64,000 bases of DNA. Source: Candidatus Eiseniibacteriota bacterium. GTDB lineage: Bacteria > Eisenbacteria > RBG-16-71-46. Shown here piece by piece: positions 1-8,747 of the stretch. The notes under the pieces are model-generated. The model was not told the DNA's origin. It searched no databases and was given only the letters and a program-made list of their open reading frames with translations. Where the stretch lies: contig JANYBS010000031.1 in NCBI GenBank assembly GCA_025360715.1, positions 1,708 through 65,707 on the forward strand. Direction: 5' to 3'. The translations under genes were made by a program, and so were the position numbers. Positions within the stretch are counted from its first letter, which is position 1. Each line of letters opens with the position of its first letter.

Positions 1-3000
1 CTGGTCGATCGGGCCGGGGGGCCCCGCCCCGCCGGCGGGCCCGAACAGATCGCCCTGATCCACGACGATTGCGCCCGTATGGTCCTGGATACGCATTCGA
101 AGGGAGGGCGTCGAACCAGGCGATGCGTAGCCCAATTGGACGAATCCGGTCGCTGGGTCGCCGTTGGCATCGCGTGGGGCGAAGCCTAGGACCGAGGTGG
201 GCGACGCGGGGGCGCCGGCGCCGAAGCATGAACTGGCGGCCGTGAGCACATCGCCGTGCGAATTTCGCGGGTTGGGCAGTGTGCGAGTGACCAAGCTGTC
301 GTTCGGGAGTTTCTCGATGCTCTGACCGAAGTTGACGATCCCCGGGCCCGTATTGCCGATGCTGGCTTGCACCTGAAGACGGTCCAGTACGATCGAACTC
401 ACACCCGGCGCGGGTTGCCATCGCAATTCGAGGTTCGTCACGCCCGCGCTGGTCAGGACCTGATCGGGAATGATCCCATTGAGAGCCGCGAAGTCCCGGT
501 CCGCGATCAGCCAGTTCGCCCCGGCCGGCCAATTCTCACCGATGTGCCCGGTGAACAGCGGCGTCTCGCTAGGCGTCAGGGTGACTTGCCGAAGGCTGAC
601 GCCGTCGGGCAACGAGCGCGCAGGGCCATCGTTGCGAAGTTCGAGGAAGGCGCCTGTCTCATCCATGGGCTCGAAGCCACACCCGGGCGAGACCTCGCTG
701 AGCTGGACACGCGGGGCGTCATCTCGATAGCACGGCGCCGTCGCCACGGTGATGTTCGGATAGCGGTGAACGTTGGGGACCGCGACCGGGCCCTTGCTTC
801 GAGCGTTTCCTGTTGCGTCATAGTCATATCGATAGACGAACCCCGGCACCGGCATCGATTCCGTGGACGACCGCGAATAGGCGACTTGATTCGTGGCGAT
901 CCGCACCCCAGGGGCGATCTCAAAGTAGACAGTGATTCGCCCGCCTGCGGTGTCTAGCGGCGCGGGCAGCGTCGCGTCGGGCGTCACTCCGAAAGCACCT
1001 TGTGCGCTTGCCGGCGCAAGCAGGAAGTGGCCCGTTGAGGCGATCGGGTCCCACGCCCGTGAAGCGAACAAGTGTGGAAGGTTGGCGATCACGTTGCCAC
1101 TGGAATCGCGGATCTCGATCCCCACGGATGGATCGAGCGAGCCAGCGTGCAGGCAGCCCAATTCGACGAACGATGCCGACGAGGATCCGTCGGAGCATTC
1201 GAGCCCCAACCGCGTCACCACGAAGTAGCTCGGCGGGAGATACTGGAAGCACGTGCTCGTCGGCAGAGTGCCGTCGTGACGCAGTGCAGTCTGCTGGTCG
1301 ATCTGCGAAAAGGACACATTGGACGAGCGCACGAGTGCTGCGCCGCGGGGCGGTGCGGCGATGGCATCGTGGAATCCGTAACGGCATGTGTGCAGGATCG
1401 CTTCTGGGCTCGTTGCGGAGTCACGAAGGTAGAGCTGGATCGATCCGGAATCGGCAGGCGGGGCGTTGCTGAGAACGACATCGGGCGCGACACCAGTGCC
1501 ATTCGTGAAGTCGTTCAAGGCGAGCAGGATGCCGCCGCTGCCCCACGATCTGCCAATCAGGCCGGCCGGGACCGCCGGACGGTCTTCGAGCACAGTGCCC
1601 TGTCCATCACGGATGCGAATTCGCAGACCGCCGTCGATGCGTGAGTTCGGGTCGAGTGTGCCCAGCTCGATGAACCGCGTGTCGGCGACACCCGTGTAGC
1701 ATCCGAAAGCCACTTCGTCGATGCGCGTGCTCGTGTCGGGCGGGAACCAGCAGCGCGAGAAAGCGATGCGGCCGAGTAGATCGGTGGGCGTCGGCGGGCT
1801 CTTGAGCACGAACGTGCCATTCGGCTGCCGTTCCTGGCTCTCGCCATCGCCGGGCGCCGGAATCGATCCGGGGCCATAGTGCAGAGTGTCGAGTGCGCGA
1901 TGGACCAAAGGGTCGAACGGGTCCTGTAGGTACAACTCGAGAGAGCCGCCTTGGACGTCCAGCTCCGTCGACAGCGTCGTATCCGGAGGCGAAGCGCTCG
2001 TGGCCGCGAATGCGGCGCTGCCCAGCAGGAAACGTTGGCTCCGGCTCACGGCCGTACCACGGCGACCAGTGAAGATCCCGGCGAAGTCAGCAAGCAGCAG
2101 CCCGTTTCGATCCATGACACGCAATCCCACGCGGGTATTGAGGACCTGTGCCAGATCAAAGCCCAATTCGATGAAGGAACTCGCAACGTCGTCCCGGCAG
2201 CGCGTCCCGAACGACTGGAAGGATATCGAAGTCGTGTCGGCCACAAAGCAGTTGGCGCCTCCGACGCGGCCCGAGAGATTGGTCGGGCTTGGGACTGCGC
2301 TCAGTTGATACTCAGAGTCACTCACGCGCTGCAGGCTAGCGCCCGGCGGGATGGTCACGGCAGGCGCCCCGTACCGGACGTCGCTAAGGATCTGCTCGCC
2401 GCCATCGAGCGCCGTGCGATAGAGGACGACGCGGCCACCAGCGAGATCGGGTGGTGATGGCAGCAGGATGTCACCGCTCACACCGAACGCATTGAACTGT
2501 GCCGTTGCGAGCAGGAGGCGGGTGCCCTGCACGATGGTCTGCCCTTTCAGGCTCGAGCCGACGCTGAGATCACTCAGGAGGGCACCGGTGTGATTGAAGA
2601 GCCGCAGCCCGGTGCGTCCGTCGAATGTGTAGTTCGGCTTCACGCACTGGAGCTCGATGAACTGGGCGGGACTGCCCAGATCGCACTGGAGCCCGATCTC
2701 GTCGAGCCGCATTCCGTCCTGAGCGACGCCGGAGAAGCATTCGCCCGTTGCGAGTGTCCCGTCGGAACGCTGCGGGTCAGCCTGCGATTTGGTCGCGTAA
2801 CCACTGGGCGAATACTGGATGCTGCCGCCCGCCGGTGGCGGCGGTATCTGACCGGGGGTGGGACCGTACGTGAGTTCACTCACCACGCTGTCGGCGCTTC
2901 CCAGCGTGACATACACTTCGATGCGCCCGGCGGACAGTGAAGGTGGCAAAGGCACGAGAAGATCCGGCGACAGACCGGTGACGGACTGGAATCCGGGTGA

Positions 3001-4311
3001 GGCCAGAAGTGTCGGTGCGTTCGCAGGCACGTTCGTGATGGAGCCGCCGAAGATATCTGGCTGATCACTGACCACAGTTCCAGCCGCATCGCGCATCCGC
3101 ACGCCGACGCGCGAGTCACGCCTCTGCGGAGCCATGGCGCGCAGCTCGAGGAACCAGAATCCCGGAGCATCGCTCTTGCAGGCAACGCCGAACTCGTCGA
3201 TACGCCAGACGGGCAAGGCTGCCGACGCCAAATCGAAACACGCCGTATTCGTGGGCCCCTGTCCCGCACGGTTCGACGGTGTGGGACGTGCAGCCGCGAA
3301 GCTCCCGTCGCTCTGCCGCTGCAGGCTCTTGCCCGGGTCCGGCAACGGCGCACCGCCCGCGCTGCCGTAGGCGAGATGGTCGATGACCTCAAGCGTATCG
3401 CCACCGGAGTTCGGCAGGACCAGCTCGATATTCCCCCCCAGCGAATCGGGAAGACCGGCCAGCGTCAGGTCGGCCGCGGGACCCACGCCGGCGCTGAACG
3501 CCGCGCTGGCCGCAAGCCATCGAGTGCCCGCGGCGACCGGCTGGTTCGTCGCGCCTGCCAACAGGCGTGTCTGGATGATCACGTTTCCGAACGCGTTGGT
3601 GGCTCGCAGCGTCAGGTTCGGGTCGTAGTACTGCGCGGCGCCCGAGCGCGCGGTCACGAAGCGCATGCCCTTGGCACCATTCGCGCACGCGAGCATGGCC
3701 TCATCGATCACCCAATTCGTCTGCGGCTCATATCCGTAGCTGATATCGATCGACGACGCGCCCGCGGAGTTGGTGGGCGTCGGGTGCGACTGGCGGGTGA
3801 AGCCGCTCGCGACTCGCTGCAGGCTCTGGCCGTTGTACGGCGCCCGAGGCTGCCCCGCCGCACGGCCCCACGAGTACGAGTCAAGGTCCACGCGGTTGCC
3901 GTCATTGTCGAAGGTGTAGAGCGTCAATGTGCCCGCAGCCGCATCGATCCTGGACATCGCACCATCGCGCACGAGCCCGGTCTTGGTCGTGAACGCGCTG
4001 CCGCCCAGCAGCCACTTGCCATCCTGCGGCCACGCCGCGCCTTCGGTAGCGCCGAAGCTCACGAGCAGGTCGCTCGTGGCGCCCAGTCCTGTCGTGACCT
4101 CCAGGTGCAGCTCCGCATCGCGTGTCTGCCCGGGTGCCGTGGCGACCAGTTCCACGAACTGCGTATTCGCGTCACCAGCGCGCGTGGCCCAGCCGATCTC
4201 GTTGATGCGGATGGCGCTCATGTCGGCGTGGGCGCTGACGGCGAGCGACAGCAGTGCGAGCACGGCGGCTGTGGAAAGCACGGCGGTACGCTTGGCGGCG
4301 GGGATGCGCAT
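1..4311 (-). CDS. Secreted giant protein with ~9 lamin-tail-domain (LTD)-like repeats of ~150 aa each. It is 5'-partial only in the sense that it continues past the window start; the N-terminus and signal peptide are inside the window.
   Basis: ATG at 4311 (revcomp of cat 4309-4311) gives MRIPAAKRTAVLSTAAVLALLSLAVSAHA, a signal peptide. The track lists no complete minus-strand ORF in this frame across 1-4311, so the frame must be open to the window edge (1437 codons). Translation shows recurring INE/IDE..G..C...F(I/V)EL modules: IRINEIGWATRAGDANTQFVEL, WRIDEFGVACKSDAPGFWFLEL, MRLDEIGLQCDLGSPAQFIEL, TRIDEVAFGCYTGVADTRFIEL, LGLECSDGSSSASFVELG. All listed ORFs in this region are short antisense or out-of-frame pieces. 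Confidence 0.7.
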   Translation of the reverse strand, partial: MRIPAAKRTAVLSTAAVLALLSLAVSAHADMSAIRINEIGWATRAGDANTQFVELVATAPGQTRDAELHLEVTTGLGATSDLLVSFGATEGAAWPQDGKWLLGGSAFTTKTGLVRDGAMSRIDAAAGTLTLYTFDNDGNRVDLDSYSWGRAAGQPRAPYNGQSLQRVASGFTRQSHPTPTNSAGASSIDISYGYEPQTNWVIDEAMLACANGAKGMRFVTARSGAAQYYDPNLTLRATNAFGNVIIQTRLLAGATNQPVAAGTRWLAASAAFSAGVGPAADLTLAGLPDSLGGNIELVLPNSGGDTLEVIDHLAYGSAGGAPLPDPGKSLQRQSDGSFAAARPTPSNRAGQGPTNTACFDLASAALPVWRIDEFGVACKSDAPGFWFLELRAMAPQRRDSRVGVRMRDAAGTVVSDQPDIFGGSITNVPANAPTLLASPGFQSVTGLSPDLLVPLPPSLSAGRIEVYVTLGSADSVVSELTYGPTPGQIPPPPAGGSIQYSPSGYATKSQADPQRSDGTLATGECFSGVAQDGMRLDEIGLQCDLGSPAQFIELQCVKPNYTFDGRTGLRLFNHTGALLSDLSVGSSLKGQTIVQGTRLLLATAQFNAFGVSGDILLPSPPDLAGGRVVLYRTALDGGEQILSDVRYGAPAVTIPPGASLQRVSDSEYQLSAVPSPTNLSGRVGGANCFVADTTSISFQSFGTRCRDDVASSFIELGFDLAQVLNTRVGLRVMDRNGLLLADFAGIFTGRRGTAVSRSQRFLLGSAAFAATSASPPDTTLSTELDVQGGSLELYLQDPFDPLVHRALDTLHYGPGSIPAPGDGESQERQPNGTFVLKSPPTPTDLLGRIAFSRCWFPPDTSTRIDEVAFGCYTGVADTRFIELGTLDPNSRIDGGLRIRIRDGQGTVLEDRPAVPAGLIGRSWGSGGILLALNDFTNGTGVAPDVVLSNAPPADSGSIQLYLRDSATSPEAILHTCRYGFHDAIAAPPRGAALVRSSNVSFSQIDQQTALRHDGTLPTSTCFQYLPPSYFVVTRLGLECSDGSSSASFVELGCLHAGSLDPSVGIEIRDSSGNVIANLPHLFASRAWDPIASTGHFLLAPASAQGAFGVTPDATLPAPLDTAGGRITVYFEIAPGVRIATNQVAYSRSSTESMPVPGFVYRYDYDATGNARSKGPVAVPNVHRYPNITVATAPCYRDDAPRVQLSEVSPGCGFEPMDETGAFLELRNDGPARSLPDGVSLRQVTLTPSETPLFTGHIGENWPAGANWLIADRDFAALNGIIPDQVLTSAGVTNLELRWQPAPGVSSIVLDRLQVQASIGNTGPGIVNFGQSIEKLPNDSLVTRTLPNPRNSHGDVLTAASSCFGAGAPASPTSVLGFAPRDANGDPATGFVQLGYASPGSTPSLRMRIQDHTGAIVVDQGDLFGPAGGAGPPGPIDQ

Positions 4312-4444
4312 GACGGCGGGATCTCCGGGAGGATGGGGTGCCGGAAGGGGTGTCCCGCGCGGGGGCGTTGGGAGCGGGAAGATTATCCTCTGTGGGGGAT
4401 TGCCGTCTCAATAGGCGATTCGCCGCCGATGCGGCGCCCCGCAC

Positions 4445-4473
4445 TTGAACCACCGGAGCGTTTGGGCTTACCT
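4445..4473 (+). promoter_or_regulatory. Possible sigma70-like promoter for the histidine kinase gene
   Basis: TTGAAC, 17-nt spacer, TTACCT; lies 53 nt upstream of ATG 4527 in the divergent intergenic region. Confidence 0.25.
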
Positions 4474-4526
4474 GACTGTGGCTGGCCCATTGCGGCGGGC
4501 GGCCTCCCGAACCCCCGAGGATCCGA

Positions 4527-5822
4527 ATGACGACTCCGGACCCGTTCCGGCTGGGCAGCAAGCCGTTCGTGAAGGTGAGCCTGTTCCTGGGCGGAAGCCT
4601 CCTCGTGGTGGCGGTATTCCTATTCACACATCAGATGGTGCAGCGGCTCTCCGAAGAGGTCTCCACGACCTCGCGCGTTCTGGCGCAGTTCTGCGCGCAG
4701 GCATCGCTGCCCGCCACGCGCGATGCGCAGCTGCGCCAGCTGCTGTCCGAAGTCATCAATCACATCGATTTCCCGATCGTGATCACCGACACCACGGGCA
4801 CCGCGCGCGCGTGGCGCGACGTGGGCGTGGCGACCGACAGCCTGAGCGTTCCGCCCGAGGCGATCGACAGCCTGAGCCTGGGCTTTACGATCTCGCCCAG
4901 CGTGAAAGCGCGGCTCGACAAGGTGAAGGCGAGCATCCCGGAGATGGACCGTCAGCACGCGCCGATCGCGATGCAGCAACAGGGCACGAATCGCGTGCTC
5001 GGGCACGTGCACTACGGCGAGCCGGCGGTGCTGCGGCGCCTGCGCTGGATGCCGTTCCTTGCCATCGGCGGCACGGGCATCCTGGTGCTGCTGGGATTCT
5101 CGGGACTCGCCACGATCCGTTCCGCGGAGAAGCGCACGATCTGGGTGGGTATGGCGAAGGAGACTGCGCATCAGCTGGGCACGCCGCTGTCGAGCCTCAT
5201 GGGCTGGGTCGAGCTCTTGCGCGGTAATCTCGAGAGCGATCCGCGCGCGCAGGTCGTCGAAGTGCCGCGCGCCGAACTCGCCGAGACGCTCGATGACATG
5301 GAGCGCGACATCGAGCGGCTCTCCAAGGTTGCGCAGCGCTTCAGCCACATCGGCTCCGCGCCGCAGCTGCAGCTGCAGGATGTGACACCCGTGGTGCGCG
5401 AAGCGGTGCAGTATGTCTCGCGGCGAATTCCGCAGAGCCAGGGCGAGGTCGAGATCCGCGAACGCTACGAGGAAGTCCCGCCGATCAACCTGAATCGCGA
5501 GCTCCTCGAGTGGGCGGTCGAGAACCTGCTCAGCAACGCTCTGTCCGCACTCGACAAGAAGCCGGGCGTGATCGAGGTCGCCGTCGAGCGCCGCGCCGAG
5601 ACCGAAGAGGTGGAGATCAGCGTCACCGACAACGGCCGCGGCATGTCGCGCGAGGAACAGGGGAAGGCGTTCGAGCCAGGCTATACGACGAAGCGCCGCG
5701 GCTGGGGCTTGGGACTGGCCCTTGCGCGGCGCGTCGTCGAGGAATATCACGCGGGGCGGATCGGTATCCGCCACAGCGCGCCCGGGCAGGGGACCGTGAT
5801 GGTGATCCGCTTCCCGACGTGA
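4527..5822 (+). CDS. Sensor histidine kinase with two TM helices, HisKA and HATPase_c
   Basis: H-box HQLGTPLSSLMGWVELL. ATPase N/G boxes: ENLLSNALSAL, DNGRGM, GWGLGLALARRVV. TM segment LFLGGSLLVVAVFLF. Confidence 0.88.
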   Translation: MTTPDPFRLGSKPFVKVSLFLGGSLLVVAVFLFTHQMVQRLSEEVSTTSRVLAQFCAQASLPATRDAQLRQLLSEVINHIDFPIVITDTTGTARAWRDVGVATDSLSVPPEAIDSLSLGFTISPSVKARLDKVKASIPEMDRQHAPIAMQQQGTNRVLGHVHYGEPAVLRRLRWMPFLAIGGTGILVLLGFSGLATIRSAEKRTIWVGMAKETAHQLGTPLSSLMGWVELLRGNLESDPRAQVVEVPRAELAETLDDMERDIERLSKVAQRFSHIGSAPQLQLQDVTPVVREAVQYVSRRIPQSQGEVEIRERYEEVPPINLNRELLEWAVENLLSNALSALDKKPGVIEVAVERRAETEEVEISVTDNGRGMSREEQGKAFEPGYTTKRRGWGLGLALARRVVEEYHAGRIGIRHSAPGQGTVMVIRFPT

Positions 5823-5832
5823 TGCTACTAGA

Positions 5833-6693
5833 CTAATCCGACAGCCCAAGCGTCAGCGAGCCATCGCCGCTGCGTAGCCGCAACGTGGGTCCCCCGCCGT
5901 TGAGTTCGCCGCTCAGCTGGTGATGGCGGATGTCGCCGCGCACGGCGATCGGCAGGTCCACGTGCAGGCGGCCGTCGCCAGTGCGCGCATCGAGCATCGC
6001 TTTGAGGTCGTGCGGGATGTGCAGCTGCATGCCGCCATCGCGCGTCTCGAGGTTCCACGCGTCAGCCAGCCGCGAGCCGCGTTCGGCCTGCGCCTCGATG
6101 CGGCCATCGCCGGTGCGCAGGTCCAGATGGTCGAAGCGCCCGCTCACGTGCAGGTGGCCGTCGGTCGTATGCGCGCGCAGCGAACCGTCCAGGCCTTCGG
6201 CGTCGATGGCGCCGTCACCGCTGAAGAGCGTGATATCGCCGCGCGCGCCGGTCACGCGGATGTGGCCGTCACCGGTCTCGATCTGCACGTGACCGGACAG
6301 GTCGGGCACATCGACCGCGCCATCGGTGCTGCGCACATCGACCGCGCAGTTGGCAGGCACCGTCACGTCGATGGTGAACTGCTCGGATACGCCGCCGAAG
6401 AACACGTTCAGCCCGTGCGTGCGCGCGATGATCTCGACGCGGTTGTCGTTCTGCAGCAAGCTCACCTCGGGCTGGGTCTCGTGCACGTACAAGCCCCACT
6501 TCTTCACATCGTGCAGGACGCGGGCATGGACCGAACTGGCGGGGCCCACGTGCAGGCGCACATGGGCGTCGTTCGTGATCACACTCAGCGTGGGTGTGGG
6601 CCCGACCCGAAAGTCCTGGTCCCAGGTATTGGCGGCGGCAGGCGAGGATATCGCAATGGCCGCGACGGCCACGACAGCGAACAGATGGCGCAT
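5833..6693 (-). CDS. DUF4097-family beta-helical (putative adhesin-like) secreted protein
   Basis: Internal Met 45 of the track ORF gives MRHLFAVVAVAAIAISSPAAA (signal peptide), with GGAGG 8 nt upstream. Repeated DG..DV / GDG.I.V motifs. The upstream extension of the ORF is Arg-rich junk. Confidence 0.78.
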   Translation of the reverse strand: MRHLFAVVAVAAIAISSPAAANTWDQDFRVGPTPTLSVITNDAHVRLHVGPASSVHARVLHDVKKWGLYVHETQPEVSLLQNDNRVEIIARTHGLNVFFGGVSEQFTIDVTVPANCAVDVRSTDGAVDVPDLSGHVQIETGDGHIRVTGARGDITLFSGDGAIDAEGLDGSLRAHTTDGHLHVSGRFDHLDLRTGDGRIEAQAERGSRLADAWNLETRDGGMQLHIPHDLKAMLDARTGDGRLHVDLPIAVRGDIRHHQLSGELNGGGPTLRLRSGDGSLTLGLSD

Positions 6694-6796
6694 ACAGATG
6701 CCTCCGAGGTGATGCCTTCCATTGGACCAGCGTGTGCCCCGGATACGCCGCGGCCGGACTGCGGGTTGCAGCCCGGCCGGCGCGGCGCGAACCGCG

Positions 6797-8509
6797 TCAG
6801 CGCTTGGTGCCGAACTTGACGCCAAAGTAGTCGCCCTTGTTCCAGCTGGGCGCTTGCGCGTCCTGGGCCACGAACCACGCGGTCTCGAACGCCATGCGAG
6901 TGAAGCGGACGCCGCTCTCCCAGTCGAACATCTGTGTCATATCGTCGCTGGGTGAGTGGTAACGCGTGCGGTCCCAGTCATCGAGCGCCTTCGCGCCCTG
7001 GGCGCCGCCGCCCAACAAGGAAGTGGGGAAGATGCTCGGCACGCCCTGCTTGACGAACGGGAACTGGTCGCTGCGCACGAAGACCACTTCCTCGGGCCGC
7101 GGGTCCGGCACGACCGTGAGGCCGTTGAGCGTGGCCATGCGCTGGAGGACTGGTCCCAGTGTGGAGTGCTCGGCGCCGAAGCCGATCACCGTCGTGACCT
7201 TGGAGAGCAGCATGACTTCGTCGAGGTTCACGTCGGCCACCACGCGCAGGTCGAACGGCGCGGCGTGGCGCGCGAAGTAGTCGGCGCCCTGCAGGCCCTT
7301 CTCCTCGCCCGACACGTTCAGGAACAGGATTGAGCGCTTGGGGCGCGTCTTCATGCTCGTGAACGCGCGCGCCACCTCGATCATCATCGCCGTGCCCGAC
7401 GCGTTGTCGTACGCGCCATTGTTGATGGAGTCGCCGCTCACCGGCGTGCTGATGCCGAGATGGTCGAGGTGCGCCGAGATCACCACGCATTCCTTGGCGA
7501 GCTTGGGATCCGAACCGCGCAGCAGGCCCACCACGTTGGGGCTCTGCACGCGCGCGCGCGTGGTCACGCGCGTGGCGCGTAGGTGCGGCACAAGGTCGAA
7601 GCCCTGCGCCACGCTGGAATCCCCATCGGCGAAGATCTGCTCCACTGTGCGCGGCGCGTGATAGAAGAATGCGTCGAGCGGCTCACGCGCGAGCGTGCCG
7701 TTCAGTTCGAGGAGGGCCTGCGTGTTGCTCGGCGCGCCGCCTTGGTCGGTCCAGCGCATGGCCGAGAGCCGGCCCTGGCGCACGACTCGTTCCCACGCCA
7801 CGCGTTTTTCCTCGTCGGGCCTGCGCACGCTCAGGATGCCGATCGCGCCGTGAGCGGCCGCGATCTGCTCTTTTACGATGCTGTTCGAATAATACGCGCG
7901 CTGGTCGTGATCGAACTTCGGCGGCGCGCCGCGGAACGTGAGGATCACCTTGCCGCGCACGTCGACCTGGGCGAAGTCGTCGTAGCCCAGCTCGGGTGCG
8001 GACACGCCGTATCCGGCAAACGCGAGCGGCGCGTCGGTGGTCCATTTATCGCGCAGCAGGTCCGGGCTCAGCATGTAGTCCTCGGCGATCACCAGCGTGT
8101 CGTCGTTGCCCGGGCGCTGCAGCACCATCATGCACTCGCCCTCGCGGATGCGGCCGCTCATATAGGGGACGCTCTGCAAGAAGGTCGAGTCGCCGCCGCC
8201 CGCAGGTTCCAGCCCCAGCGCGAGCATGCGCGTGGCCATGTAGTGCGCGGCCAGGTCGTAGCCGCGAGTGCCCGTGCCGCGGCCCTCGAGCAGGTCGTCG
8301 GCCAGGTAGCGGATGGTCGCCTCCAGTTGGCGGCCATCGATGGCGCCTGCGGCCTGCGTGACGCTGGGCGGCAGCGGTACGAGCGGGACGATGTGCTGCG
8401 CGGCCTTGGGTGACAACATTGGCGCGGCAGCGGCGGCAGCCGCGGCGGCGACAAGCGTCGCGGCGGCAGCCAGGAGCAGACGGCGGGTGCGATTCGGGAG
8501 CGCGGACAT
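6797..8509 (-). CDS. M28-family Zn aminopeptidase with PA domain, secreted
   Basis: Start at Met 103 gives MSALPNRTRRLLLAAAATLVAAAAAAAAAP (signal peptide). Zn-ligand motifs HLDHLG, NNGAYDNASG and GEEKGLQGADYF. Confidence 0.85.
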   Translation of the reverse strand: MSALPNRTRRLLLAAAATLVAAAAAAAAAPMLSPKAAQHIVPLVPLPPSVTQAAGAIDGRQLEATIRYLADDLLEGRGTGTRGYDLAAHYMATRMLALGLEPAGGGDSTFLQSVPYMSGRIREGECMMVLQRPGNDDTLVIAEDYMLSPDLLRDKWTTDAPLAFAGYGVSAPELGYDDFAQVDVRGKVILTFRGAPPKFDHDQRAYYSNSIVKEQIAAAHGAIGILSVRRPDEEKRVAWERVVRQGRLSAMRWTDQGGAPSNTQALLELNGTLAREPLDAFFYHAPRTVEQIFADGDSSVAQGFDLVPHLRATRVTTRARVQSPNVVGLLRGSDPKLAKECVVISAHLDHLGISTPVSGDSINNGAYDNASGTAMMIEVARAFTSMKTRPKRSILFLNVSGEEKGLQGADYFARHAAPFDLRVVADVNLDEVMLLSKVTTVIGFGAEHSTLGPVLQRMATLNGLTVVPDPRPEEVVFVRSDQFPFVKQGVPSIFPTSLLGGGAQGAKALDDWDRTRYHSPSDDMTQMFDWESGVRFTRMAFETAWFVAQDAQAPSWNKGDYFGVKFGTKR

Positions 8510-8747
8510 GAATGGCCTCGGGTCAGTGGTTCGGCCGCACGGGGTGCGGCCACGGTTCTGGACGCGGCGACGATGCTTGCATGTCAGGCCCGCGTCAATG
8601 CCCACATGACGGCCGCGGGCCCGCCACCGCTGGCTGGTCCCTTGGTCGGCCGCTATAGTCGCCCGGCATCCGGAACCTTGGCGCCGCGGCCGGGGTTCTG
8701 CAGCTGCCCGCAGCTCGCAGCGACCCATTCCCACGAGCGTAAGCGCC

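Noticed and set aside
256-4530. Plus-strand and off-frame minus-strand ORFs in the first 4.5 kb (256..957, 1072..1644, 3376..4530, 2880..3404 and others)
   Set aside because: All overlap the single open minus-strand frame encoding the LTD-repeat protein. Their translations are Arg-rich and lack motifs.
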